DNA from: an uncultured virus (IMG/VR IMGVR_UViG_3300032293_002550)
Taxonomy: Duplodnaviria; Heunggongvirae; Uroviricota; Caudoviricetes
IMG/VR virus record: IMGVR_UViG_3300032293_002550
Length of the DNA: 20,000 nucleotides
Direction: 5' to 3' (one strand)
Part shown: positions 6,120 through 17,806 of the stretch, piece by piece
Layout of the letters: each line of letters opens with the position of its first letter
Numbering within the stretch: position 1 is the first letter of the stretch
Position numbers and translations under genes: made by a program
The notes under the pieces: model-generated
What the model was told of the DNA's origin: nothing
Database searches by the model: none
Seen by the model: the letters and a program-made list of their open reading frames with translations, nothing else

Positions 6120-8434
6120 TTTTTTTTTGTTTTAGGAGCAGAAGAAAGAGTAGCTCTTTTTTCGTCTTCCATAAACTTCTTGTTGTTCCTTTTGTGATTT
6201 CCTGGCGCTTCTGCCAAATTAGCATCTGTTTCTTTTTCAATAAACTTCTTTGGCTTTGGCATCTTGGCTTTAGGAGCTTTCTCAATGTGTGAGTTCTTCT
6301 GGCTTTCTTTTAAAGCCAAGTTGTGACCTTTTAAATCTTCGATAAATTTAGATGCACTTTTAATGACTGACGAAGGTGCCTTTGCAAGATTGGAATTGTT
6401 TAGATCCTGTGCAAAGTTTTTGCCTTTACCACTTTTACCACCTGGAGCTGAAGCTAGGTTTTGTTTTTTCGTTTTAGCTGAACCAGTCACTGGAGAATTT
6501 TTAGCTTCACCTTTAACACTGGCCATGTTAGCATTTTTTGGATCGTTGATGAATTTAGGGCTAGACTTTGTTTGTTTCGAAGGAGCAGCTGCCATATTCT
6601 TACGAGCTTGTCCCATCAAAGCACCATCTTTTTTTGTCCCTCTTGTTGGAGCAGGTGCAGTAGAGAATCCTTGGTTCATAGCCTCATTAGCCTCACCACT
6701 AAATTCTAGACTCATGTCGGGAGTTTGGATGTCGTAGTTATCTACCTCATCAACTAAATCCTCAACATCAGAGAAGAAATATTCTCCGGTTTTACCTTCC
6801 TTAAATAAAACAGTATATGTTTTAGAACTACCATCTACACCTACGATTTTACCCTTATTACCGTTTCTTTTGATTCTAACCTCTGTATCAATAGGATATC
6901 CCATTTCTTCGTTAACAGAAATTTCATTTGCTGAACTTTCGAATCTTTTGATCCCAACATTAATTTGGTTCCATTTATCCTTTAGAATCTGAAGTTCATT
7001 TTCTAGGGACTCTTCTAGATTTAATAATTGTGTGGAATTTGCGATCAAAGGATTTTCTGATTTTACTTTCGTGATCTTGATCAGTTCTGCCTCAAGAAGT
7101 TCAATGTTTTTAACAATCTCTTTCTTATCATTTTTCATGACACTTAAGAAAGCTTGTTCCCCTTGTAAGAACTCTGTTAGAGACTCAGAAATGTCATATT
7201 TCATGAACTCTTTGATGATATTGATGGCCTGGGTTGCGTTTGACTCGTAAATCTTGTTCAAGCGCATCGCAGGATTTACTGTTTGCACGTAAATTCTGTT
7301 TTCATACTTGAAAATGTTTGCTTCCACACCTTCGTATAATTTTGATTTGATCTTCTTACCAAAATCGATATCTACAATTTCATCGGCCGTTTGTGCAATG
7401 AAAGCAGCTTTAGCCGCTTTATAATTAGAGTTCTCTAAAAGGTTGTTTGTGGTCACACTAATAGCAGCTGGAAGATCTGCTTCATGAATGTGTTTGCCAT
7501 CTAAGTAAATTCTCTTTTGTTCATTTTCGAAAACAATGTCAACTTTACTTTTACCAACATTCAAAGAAATTCTGTCACCATCAATTCTAACCTCTCTATC
7601 TACAACGACAAGAGCCTTGTTTTGAAAATCTGCTGGAACATCTTCAGCTGAACACTCATTGATAGTTTTAGATGCATCGTCAATTGCTAAAAATTTCCCA
7701 CTGGAAAAGAAAATGGATCCACTTTCTGTAACCATTATTGGGGAATAAATATTAGTTACGTGACAAATGTTATTATCAACACCAAGATTGAACTTGTTTG
7801 GATTGCTGTTTTCGTGGAGTGAAAGGAAGCTAACGAGGTTTCTAACCAAAGGATTGAATCCAAATCTTTTTAATCCGTGAATCAATGTATCAGAAACATG
7901 ATTTTCTGAAATTAACCAATTCTTCATTTGAGAAGTTGCATCAGAAAACAAATCTTTTCCCGGAGCTGCCTTAATTGATTCGTAAACTTTAACAACTTCA
8001 ATTTCCCTTCTTCTATTGGCAAATATTTGGTTCAAATTTTCCACCACAGAAACAACTGAGGTCTCCCAAGAAAATGACTTGAGATCGTTCAAAAAAGATT
8101 CAAATACAAAAGCTTCTGAAATTCCGTTATGAAGAATCAAGGACTCATATTTGTCAAGTAATATTTTTCCCGCAGGCAATTCGTTAAGAGTAGAATTACG
8201 CAAAGCTGAGATGGTATTAACTAATCCAAAACTGAAGACCGTATTGTTTGATTTTGGAAAATATTCGTTGTTTGCAGACTCTTTCAACATTTGGGCGGTT
8301 GACCCATTAAGAAAAGAAGATGCAACAGGTGATTTAGAAACATCCAAACCCCCCCAAGACTTCATTGATTCAGCAACACTTTTTGAAGTCTCCATGTTTA
8401 ATCTGTCGATCTCTGGATTATTATTTTTTTCCAT
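6116..8434 (-). CDS. Large hypothetical protein, probable internal head/prohead-core protein with an SH3/KOW-like segment and basic 23-aa C-terminal repeats
   Basis: 772-aa ORF preceded by GATATATA. It has many hydrophobic-x-E(S) motifs, a coiled coil, the beta-rich segment EVRIKRNGNKGKIVGVD..TYTVLF, and NLAxAP repeats. The function is inferred. Confidence 0.6.
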   Translation of the reverse strand: MEKNNNPEIDRLNMETSKSVAESMKSWGGLDVSKSPVASSFLNGSTAQMLKESANNEYFPKSNNTVFSFGLVNTISALRNSTLNELPAGKILLDKYESLILHNGISEAFVFESFLNDLKSFSWETSVVSVVENLNQIFANRRREIEVVKVYESIKAAPGKDLFSDATSQMKNWLISENHVSDTLIHGLKRFGFNPLVRNLVSFLSLHENSNPNKFNLGVDNNICHVTNIYSPIMVTESGSIFFSSGKFLAIDDASKTINECSAEDVPADFQNKALVVVDREVRIDGDRISLNVGKSKVDIVFENEQKRIYLDGKHIHEADLPAAISVTTNNLLENSNYKAAKAAFIAQTADEIVDIDFGKKIKSKLYEGVEANIFKYENRIYVQTVNPAMRLNKIYESNATQAINIIKEFMKYDISESLTEFLQGEQAFLSVMKNDKKEIVKNIELLEAELIKITKVKSENPLIANSTQLLNLEESLENELQILKDKWNQINVGIKRFESSANEISVNEEMGYPIDTEVRIKRNGNKGKIVGVDGSSKTYTVLFKEGKTGEYFFSDVEDLVDEVDNYDIQTPDMSLEFSGEANEAMNQGFSTAPAPTRGTKKDGALMGQARKNMAAAPSKQTKSSPKFINDPKNANMASVKGEAKNSPVTGSAKTKKQNLASAPGGKSGKGKNFAQDLNNSNLAKAPSSVIKSASKFIEDLKGHNLALKESQKNSHIEKAPKAKMPKPKKFIEKETDANLAEAPGNHKRNNKKFMEDEKRATLSSAPKTKKK

Positions 8435-8452
8435 CTTGATTCTTTTTTTTAG

Positions 8453-8460
8453 TATATATC
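8453..8460 (-). promoter_or_regulatory. Putative late promoter GATATATA
   Basis: Intergenic, 18 nt upstream of the ATG at 8434, followed by an A-rich leader. Confidence 0.6.
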
Positions 8461-8492
8461 CATTCTATTCCTAGATTTCTATGAAATGAAGA

Positions 8493-8834
8493 TCAGAATC
8501 TTTTTAGTTTTCCAATTCCATCAATCTTATAGTTAATTACTCCAGTAAAAACACCCATAGATTTCTCGATAATGTTCATGTATACTAGAGCAAATTCTCC
8601 TTCAATATTGATAGATGCTTTGAAAGAGTTGTACCAAGTGCTAAGTTCGTCAGATTTTTCTTGAGCTACGTTTGTGTATGTTTGGGCTCTTACACTTTCA
8701 ACTAATGTTCTTTTTGCGATTCGATCCTCTGGATCAGTAGACAAAAACAACGATAATTGCTCAGGTGTGAAATCGATCCGATTTACTTCTTTCCAGTTTC
8801 CTTCTAGAGTTGAAAGATAATTTTTTAAAGGCAT
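8493..8834 (-). CDS. Hypothetical protein (113 aa)
   Basis: ATG-started ORF that fills the gap on the coding strand. No recognisable motif. Confidence 0.7.
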   Translation of the reverse strand: MPLKNYLSTLEGNWKEVNRIDFTPEQLSLFLSTDPEDRIAKRTLVESVRAQTYTNVAQEKSDELSTWYNSFKASINIEGEFALVYMNIIEKSMGVFTGVINYKIDGIGKLKRF

Positions 8835-8906
8835 ATCATTTCATTGATTGATCAATTCTTAATCGAAAAAAAAGCATTTTTAAAATCTAGTAGATACGAA
8901 AAAATT

Positions 8907-9545
8907 TCAATTATTTTGGAAATATTTTTTGATTCTCTTACTTAATCTCACTCTCGGGTCGTTTGAACTTCTATTTAATTGTTCGTATTTCAACAAAAAA
9001 CCAAAGCTCAAGAAAATTCTTCTTGAATTAAACTCTTCTGTCCAATGTTTATATAAAGAGGCTTCAAAACCATAAAGGTCTGTTTGTTCGATGTTTATTG
9101 ATTCTTTATCTAAGAATAATTGGTAATTGTCAGATAATACACTAACATTACATTTATAATTTATATAACCATCTAATGAAGCGTCATAATGTGGATCAAT
9201 CTTCCCACCTTTATCCATATCAACCGCTTGTAAAAACACGTTGTCTTTCGGGAAATCAAATTCTTCTGATATTTTGTCTAATATTTTGTAAATAAAATCG
9301 GGTAATATTTCGTAGGAAACCTTAGTTATTGATTGAAATTTCGTAATGTAATTTGTTAGAGAAGAATTGGATATATCAAAAATAAAAGATTTACCATTGA
9401 GAGTTTTGGATAGTTCTGTCAGGTGATGGTTTGTGTCATTTTGAGCATGTTGAAGTCCTTGAATCCAATTCACTATTTTGGTTACCTCATCGTTTGTGAT
9501 GAAATTTTTTTTGTATCTACATATATTTGATTCCGTGTTTTCCAA
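8907..9545 (-). CDS. 2OG-Fe(II) oxygenase superfamily protein
   Basis: HxD motif (GGKIDPHYD), distal His (LYKHW) and a 2OG-binding R (RRIFLSFGF). The TTG start follows an A-run. Confidence 0.8.
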   Translation of the reverse strand: MENTESNICRYKKNFITNDEVTKIVNWIQGLQHAQNDTNHHLTELSKTLNGKSFIFDISNSSLTNYITKFQSITKVSYEILPDFIYKILDKISEEFDFPKDNVFLQAVDMDKGGKIDPHYDASLDGYINYKCNVSVLSDNYQLFLDKESINIEQTDLYGFEASLYKHWTEEFNSRRIFLSFGFLLKYEQLNRSSNDPRVRLSKRIKKYFQNN

Positions 9546-9783
9546 TTTTTTTCAAGTTGTGTTTTTCTAAGAATTCTTTTGGGTTCATAGCCTCAATGAT
9601 GGTAAATTCAGCTGAATTAATCATATTTTCAGCCTTCTCCTCTGTAACTGCCATAACACACATTTTATGAGTTGCCGGCAATTCTCCAGTTGGTGATAAA
9701 TCTATATTTAAGATGTTACCATTTTTCATTTTTTCTCTTACTTGTGAAAGTTTAGATACTTCACATAATATACAGATCCTCAT
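9517..9783 (-). CDS. Hypothetical protein (88 aa)
   Basis: ATG-started ORF between the fibre and oxygenase genes, with an A-rich leader. Confidence 0.7.
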   Translation of the reverse strand: MRICILCEVSKLSQVREKMKNGNILNIDLSPTGELPATHKMCVMAVTEEKAENMINSAEFTIIEAMNPKEFLEKHNLKKIGKHGIKYM

Positions 9784-9796
9784 ATTAATTATTTTT

Positions 9797-13117
<3,321 letters not shown>

Positions 13118-13131
13118 TTTCTTTATCTCAT

Positions 13132-13686
13132 TTAAAAAGTTAAAAAGTCCCCATCTTCATTGACAAGTACATTTCCATTCTCATCTATCAAGTAGTTTGT
13201 AATTTCACTGCTCAATAATCCCTCTGCTATAACAACTTCCACGTTGACTTTAACAGAATGGGGATTATAAAGAAGCATCCCTCCCTGTTCAAAATAGGGA
13301 GATTCTATATCACTTCCATCTGGATCTAAGTCCCATCCTCCAAAAATATAATTTCCATTTCCAGTCAGAATCATCAAGGACGAAATTGGAAGGTAATTTC
13401 CCTCATAAATCATATTTATGAAACGACTTGCCACAGGAAGTGTTGGTGGATAGCTGACTTTAATCATAATAAAGTCCACACTGTTCAATCCCTCGCTACT
13501 CAAAAGCAAACTTGAGTTTCCATAAACACATCCATTAAATGAAGTGAAGTTGTTTAGAATGATATCGGTGTCACATAATCCAATCTCTCTTAAAACAGTG
13601 GTCCCTTTCACTATTTGTAAATTACACCTTTGAAAGATCGATCCTTCAAATTCTATTGTATTACAAATCAGTGGAGCAGTCGCCAT
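13132..13686 (-). CDS. Hypothetical, probably structural protein (paralog of 13686-14267)
   Basis: Shares FQxCNLxI..G..VL..I.LCD, SLMILTG, GWDL and GG.L..NP with the upstream ORF. It ends in [18 protein letters not shown]. Confidence 0.75.
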   Translation of the reverse strand: MATAPLICNTIEFEGSIFQRCNLQIVKGTTVLREIGLCDTDIILNNFTSFNGCVYGNSSLLLSSEGLNSVDFIMIKVSYPPTLPVASRFINMIYEGNYLPISSLMILTGNGNYIFGGWDLDPDGSDIESPYFEQGGMLLYNPHSVKVNVEVVIAEGLLSSEITNYLIDENGNVLVNEDGDFLTF

Positions 13687-14267
13687 TAGTTGAATACCAA
13701 TATTTCTAATTCCACGTCGTACTCGCCTGGATTGTTGAAGAGAATTCCACCAAAAGTGTAATTCGGTGATGTGACAGGAGGGAATATTGAGGGTGAAAAT
13801 CCTGGAACCGGTGGGTTATTCGAATAATAACTCAAATCCCATCCTTGCCAAGGAATATCTGGTTCGGTTCTGCCTGTTAAAATCATCAAAGAATTGATAA
13901 CATAAACATTGCCTTTGTATTCCCAAGTCAAATACCTATCCTCGTTTTTTTGTTCTTTTTTATACTTCACTTTCACAACTATAAGTTGAACCTCCCCTTG
14001 TGCTTGCCCAACCTCTGTAGCAGTTAGAGTATAATTAGCTCCTGAAGCTAAGGTGAAGGATCTTTTCAAACTCCCCCCACAGCCTCCAAGTTCTGAACTA
14101 CCCAACGACTCCAATTTAAAATCGCACAAAGAAATTCGGGAGAGAACATTTGGACCCTCTTTGATATCTAAATTACATGACTGAAACCCCACTCGCCTGA
14201 AAACACCAGGATTGCAATCCAGATACTTGATGTATTGTGAATTGGTTGTGTATATAGGTTTTATCAT
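13686..14267 (-). CDS. Hypothetical, probably structural protein (paralog of 13132-13686)
   Basis: Has the same shared blocks as 13132-13686. Its start and stop overlap the neighbouring genes on both sides. Confidence 0.75.
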   Translation of the reverse strand: MIKPIYTTNSQYIKYLDCNPGVFRRVGFQSCNLDIKEGPNVLSRISLCDFKLESLGSSELGGCGGSLKRSFTLASGANYTLTATEVGQAQGEVQLIVVKVKYKKEQKNEDRYLTWEYKGNVYVINSLMILTGRTEPDIPWQGWDLSYYSNNPPVPGFSPSIFPPVTSPNYTFGGILFNNPGEYDVELEILVFN

Positions 14268-15337
14268 CTTAGACTCAAGGGATTGATACTATCTTGAGAA
14301 GGGATAGGTTTAGCTTTGTAACCACCAAAAACCTTCTCATTGTATTTATCCAAATTTTCGTTCGATTCCTCTTCGGAATCTTGTTTTATTTCTTCGTGAT
14401 TTTGCACAGGTGATTCTATCGCAATTTGTGGATCTAAAGTTGTCTCGAATGTAATCTCCATTTCATCATTAACAACCGATTCTTCCTCCCTAAGATCTTT
14501 TAGTGGTGGTGTTTGTAGTTGTGGTTCCTCTGAATTTTGAATTTTTATTCTAGAAAAAGCAAAGTTAGATGCTAAGACCAGTGCTATTGCCAATGGATCA
14601 AAAACGAACATCAAAATCAATATGTACCAGTTTACCACCTCGGCCAAAGATCTTCCAGTCAAATCAGCAATATACTTAAGAGGACCAACCTCCTTAGCAA
14701 GGTCTGAATCTGTGGAAGCTTCTAATTTTTGATTTTCCAAACTTGTTATTTGGTAATTTTTAGAAGAAATAGAATCATTAAGAACTTGTATCTCCGAATC
14801 AATTCTTTTGATTTCAGAATCTATCTCTTTTATTTGTCCTCTAATCGAAGAAGTTGCCTTAGATTGAGAAATAAGTTGGTCTTGTGCTTGTTGTAAACTT
14901 GTTCTTATATTGGTGACTTGCACAGCCCTATTATTTTTTTGTGTGACCTGGTTCTCAAAACGAGAAATTTCTCCTTGGATTATTTTGATTCTCTTATCAA
15001 ACATCCCAACGTTCTTATCTTGATTTTCCACCTTGAAAGCTGTTTCTTGGTAGGCAGAGGATAAGAATCCGTAAATACCGGCCGAGGTAATCAAGATCAA
15101 AACGATTGTTGATACCAACAAATAATATTTAAGTACTTGATTTAATTTGTTCCAGTATTCATAGAGAAGAGAAGCGGTAACTAGCTTGGCAAATTCCAAG
15201 CTTCCAGCCAAAATCATAACTTGTAGAGAAGCACCTGCAAACATTTTTCCAAGCCCAGAAACTGAATAAAAAGCAGCGGAGGCAGAAACAGACAGAGCAG
15301 AAAGTGCTATTATCCATGGTAGAATCTTGCGTTTCAT
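14264..15337 (-). CDS. Membrane protein with three N-terminal TM helices, a long coiled coil, a C-terminal TM helix and an acidic tail
   Basis: Hydrophobic segments (ILPWIIALSALSVSASAAFYSV; YYLLVSTIVLILITSAGIYGFL; WYILILMFVFDPLAIALVL) flank a heptad-rich region. Confidence 0.8.
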   Translation of the reverse strand: MKRKILPWIIALSALSVSASAAFYSVSGLGKMFAGASLQVMILAGSLEFAKLVTASLLYEYWNKLNQVLKYYLLVSTIVLILITSAGIYGFLSSAYQETAFKVENQDKNVGMFDKRIKIIQGEISRFENQVTQKNNRAVQVTNIRTSLQQAQDQLISQSKATSSIRGQIKEIDSEIKRIDSEIQVLNDSISSKNYQITSLENQKLEASTDSDLAKEVGPLKYIADLTGRSLAEVVNWYILILMFVFDPLAIALVLASNFAFSRIKIQNSEEPQLQTPPLKDLREEESVVNDEMEITFETTLDPQIAIESPVQNHEEIKQDSEEESNENLDKYNEKVFGGYKAKPIPSQDSINPLSLR

Positions 15338-15341
15338 CTCT

Positions 15342-15349
15342 TATATATC
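15342..15349 (-). promoter_or_regulatory. Putative late promoter GATATATA
   Basis: Lies just after the terminator and only 4 nt before the ATG at 15337. Confidence 0.6.
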
Positions 15350-15353
15350 ACAC

Positions 15354-15384
15354 AAAAAAAGACCCAGAATAAAATCTGGGTCTT
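15354..15384 (-). terminator. Rho-independent terminator closing the early/middle cluster
   Basis: The minus strand reads AAGACCCAGA-TTTTAT-TCTGGGTCTT-TTTTT, a perfect inverted repeat with a U-run. Confidence 0.9.
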
Positions 15385-15420
15385 GCCGTTTGTTAAAAAT
15401 CTTCTTATATTTTTATGGGA

Positions 15421-15915
15421 CTACTCGATTTCGATACCTTGTTCTGCAGCTTGGAGTTCTTTTTCTAACTCTTTGAGCTTGGAATTGTCTTGGTGGATAA
15501 GTGTAAGGGTTTCCTCAAATGATTTCCAAAGTGTCACAAAGTCATTAATTTGGCTGTTTCCTTTTCCCTCCCACTTGAGAATGAAATAATGTGAGGCCTC
15601 CACCTCAAGATTAGTAAAATAACCTACACCGTCTTTAATGCCCTCTTTTTTAATTTGCTCAATTCTCTTTAATATTTCCATGACCCCTAGAGCCTCTTTC
15701 GATCTCCATTGAACTTGATTTCTCATGAAATCTTCAAATTTATCTAGGAAATTTTGATCTAGGGAAACTGCATATTCTTTTCCTGATAATGACTTCTTAT
15801 AGTCTTCTATCTCTTTTTTGAGTTTCTCCACTTTTTTAGTGTCGACTTTCTGAATGAACTTTTCTAGAACCTCCTCGTTATTTGATTCTGAGCTGATGCT
15901 TTTGATCTTGGACAT
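15421..15915 (-). CDS. Hypothetical charged/coiled-coil protein (start revised to the ATG at 15915, MSKIK...)
   Basis: The ATG at 15915 follows an A-rich leader like other genes here. The ORF-track start at 15945 is a TTG in intergenic-like sequence. Confidence 0.7.
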   Translation of the reverse strand: MSKIKSISSESNNEEVLEKFIQKVDTKKVEKLKKEIEDYKKSLSGKEYAVSLDQNFLDKFEDFMRNQVQWRSKEALGVMEILKRIEQIKKEGIKDGVGYFTNLEVEASHYFILKWEGKGNSQINDFVTLWKSFEETLTLIHQDNSKLKELEKELQAAEQGIEIE

Positions 15916-15952
15916 TTTTTTATTTTTTATATTCGTTTTTTGCAATTAGTTT

Positions 15953-16699
15953 CTAAAGTTGGTTGATTTTTCTGAATTCATCGAGAAGATCCAAAAATTC
16001 TTTAAGATAATTCTTCATCTCGTAATCGTGGACTGTGAATGTCTGAATGTCTTTATTTTGCTCGTTTGAAATCCTAATCTTACCCATCTTGGGAATCTCG
16101 TTAAACTTCTCCGCACACATGAACATGTAAGCCGAAATTTGCAACTTATAATGATGAATATCCTGCTCATCTTTCGGGGATGTAGAAGATTTGAAATCCT
16201 CTACAATCAGGTTTCCTTCAAGGTCTCTATAAACAAAATCTGAAGCTCCTGCCCACCCTCCCTTAAAGGTGGTGTAAAGAAAAATTTCATTCTCAACTAT
16301 TTCCGAGATGTTTTCCCAAAATCTATCTTCATAGAAATTCCAAAATAATGTCCTACCTCGATCTACTATTCTAAACATTTTTCCGTCATCCTTTCTTGAC
16401 TCTTCGATAGCAAAAACCTGTGCTTTTCTAAGGGATCTCTCAACGTCTCTTCCCCTATCCCATTCAAGCAAGAAAAGTTCTAGCATTTTGTGCATGACAT
16501 TTCCCCTTTCTGCAGAATCATTCAATATTTTTTCCCATCTTGTTTCACCAAACTGTTCCCTAAGCATTTCATACTTGGGATTCTTAACAAGTTTAAGCAC
16601 AGTCGTAACTGAAGGCAACACCAGAGGGGTCTCATCAAGACCTTCAACGATATAGGCTCTTCCCCATGGGTAGCTTTTCCGTTCTATTTTAGGCACCAT
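15953..16699 (-). CDS. PD-(D/E)XK superfamily exonuclease
   Basis: Motifs PSVTTVL, RGNVMHKMLE, AGASDF, VEDFKSS and YKLQISAY. Confidence 0.85.
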   Translation of the reverse strand: MVPKIERKSYPWGRAYIVEGLDETPLVLPSVTTVLKLVKNPKYEMLREQFGETRWEKILNDSAERGNVMHKMLELFLLEWDRGRDVERSLRKAQVFAIEESRKDDGKMFRIVDRGRTLFWNFYEDRFWENISEIVENEIFLYTTFKGGWAGASDFVYRDLEGNLIVEDFKSSTSPKDEQDIHHYKLQISAYMFMCAEKFNEIPKMGKIRISNEQNKDIQTFTVHDYEMKNYLKEFLDLLDEFRKINQL

Positions 16700-17137
16700 C
16701 TACAGCAAGTTGGTTAACATCTCCCAAATATTGAACTTTTTCTGCAACCAAATCAGAAGAAAGATGAGCGTAATTCTATACAACACCCACTTTATGGAGA
16801 GCCTTTGAAAATATGGGGAATAAATTAGAAGATAAGAAATAGAATCAGGTATGGCTCTCATCTCCGGAATCAAAATCTCTTGGAGATTGAGCTTTGTCAA
16901 ATACTCGTTTATTGGCTTAGACTCTTCCAAGACGTAAGCAGGTCTTATTTCTTGTGGAGAATCAGGGGAATAAATCACTTCGGGTGGAAGATTCACAACT
17001 GTGTAAATTCTTCCTATCCAATCAACCCTAAGGTTGTATTTCTTCCACTCGAAGGTATTCTCATTTTTCTTGATAGTTTTTTTGAGAAAGAAATAATTGT
17101 TGATATCAACTATAATTTTTTTAAAAGGATAGTTCAT
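16700..17137 (-). CDS. Hypothetical protein with a C-terminal hydrophobic helix
   Basis: 145-aa ORF containing WVLYRITLIFLLIWL. Confidence 0.7.
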   Translation of the reverse strand: MNYPFKKIIVDINNYFFLKKTIKKNENTFEWKKYNLRVDWIGRIYTVVNLPPEVIYSPDSPQEIRPAYVLEESKPINEYLTKLNLQEILIPEMRAIPDSISYLLIYSPYFQRLSIKWVLYRITLIFLLIWLQKKFNIWEMLTNLL

Positions 17138-17171
17138 TTCTTTTTCTTAGAATAAAATTAGAAAAAATTTC

Positions 17172-17795
17172 TCAATCATTGAATGTTAGGTTTATACCAG
17201 GAAACATGTCTCTGACCTTGATTCTTGCTCGTCTAATTCTTGTAGCAATAGCTCTTTTCTTCATTCCATGCTTATCTGCTATATCTTGGTACTTCATTCT
17301 TAATATCTCTCGGTCGAAAAGAATCTCCTTATATATTTCAGGGAGATCATTCATTTTTTCGACAACATTTTCGTAAAGTCCCTCCATCTGGTTTCTATCC
17401 TCATTGCCATAGGAAATCTCGAAATAATTTTCTTCCTCAAATTTATTCATATAAACTTGTGAATCGTCAGGATTGTCGTCCCCACCCTTAACAAATTCTT
17501 GCAGAATAGGCATGTACCTGTCTTCACTCTTTTTGATCACTAGTGACTCATTTCTTGCGATGTTGTAAACCCAGGTTGAGAAATTACCTCTCAATGGGTC
17601 ATACTGTGAGATTTTGGTCCATATCTTTGCCATAGTGTTTGAAACAGCATCTTCTGCTGCCTCTTGCTCAATTAAAATTGATTTACAATGGTGGAGAAGA
17701 CCAGGTTTGATTCTTTTGTAAAGTTCAACAAAATCCTTCTCGGATGATGTTCTCATAAAACTTTCTGCCAATTGTTGAATGTTTTTAGCTGCCAT
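17172..17795 (-). CDS. ECF-type (sigma-70 family) RNA polymerase sigma factor
   Basis: Region 2 reads AEDAVSNTMAKIW...YDPLRGNFSTWVYNIARN. Region 4 reads LPEIYKEIL...MKYQDIA...AIATRIRRAR. Confidence 0.92.
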   Translation of the reverse strand: MAAKNIQQLAESFMRTSSEKDFVELYKRIKPGLLHHCKSILIEQEAAEDAVSNTMAKIWTKISQYDPLRGNFSTWVYNIARNESLVIKKSEDRYMPILQEFVKGGDDNPDDSQVYMNKFEEENYFEISYGNEDRNQMEGLYENVVEKMNDLPEIYKEILFDREILRMKYQDIADKHGMKKRAIATRIRRARIKVRDMFPGINLTFND

Positions 17796-17806
17796 GCTGT
17801 AGGTTG

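Noticed and set aside
6097..6285. 62-aa minus-strand ORF overlapping the end of the 772-aa gene
   Set aside because: It is an alternative-frame overlap that stops at 6097 and does not connect to the downstream ORF. The -1 frame does connect.
9517..9555. +1 frameshift fusion of the 88-aa ORF with the oxygenase at an A7 run
   Set aside because: A TTG start after an A-rich tract explains the overlap, no stimulatory structure is evident, and the upstream ORF continues to its own stop.
15953..16699. Cas4-like nuclease as part of a CRISPR system
   Set aside because: It lacks the Fe-S cysteine cluster, and there is no array or other cas gene. It looks like a typical phage PD-(D/E)XK exonuclease.
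15953..17137. Stop-codon reassignment (TAG directly followed by an in-frame ATG at 16702-16697)
   Set aside because: Recognisable genes are full length under the standard code with no internal TAG or TGA, and the nuclease has its own ATG. There is no evidence of recoding in this window.
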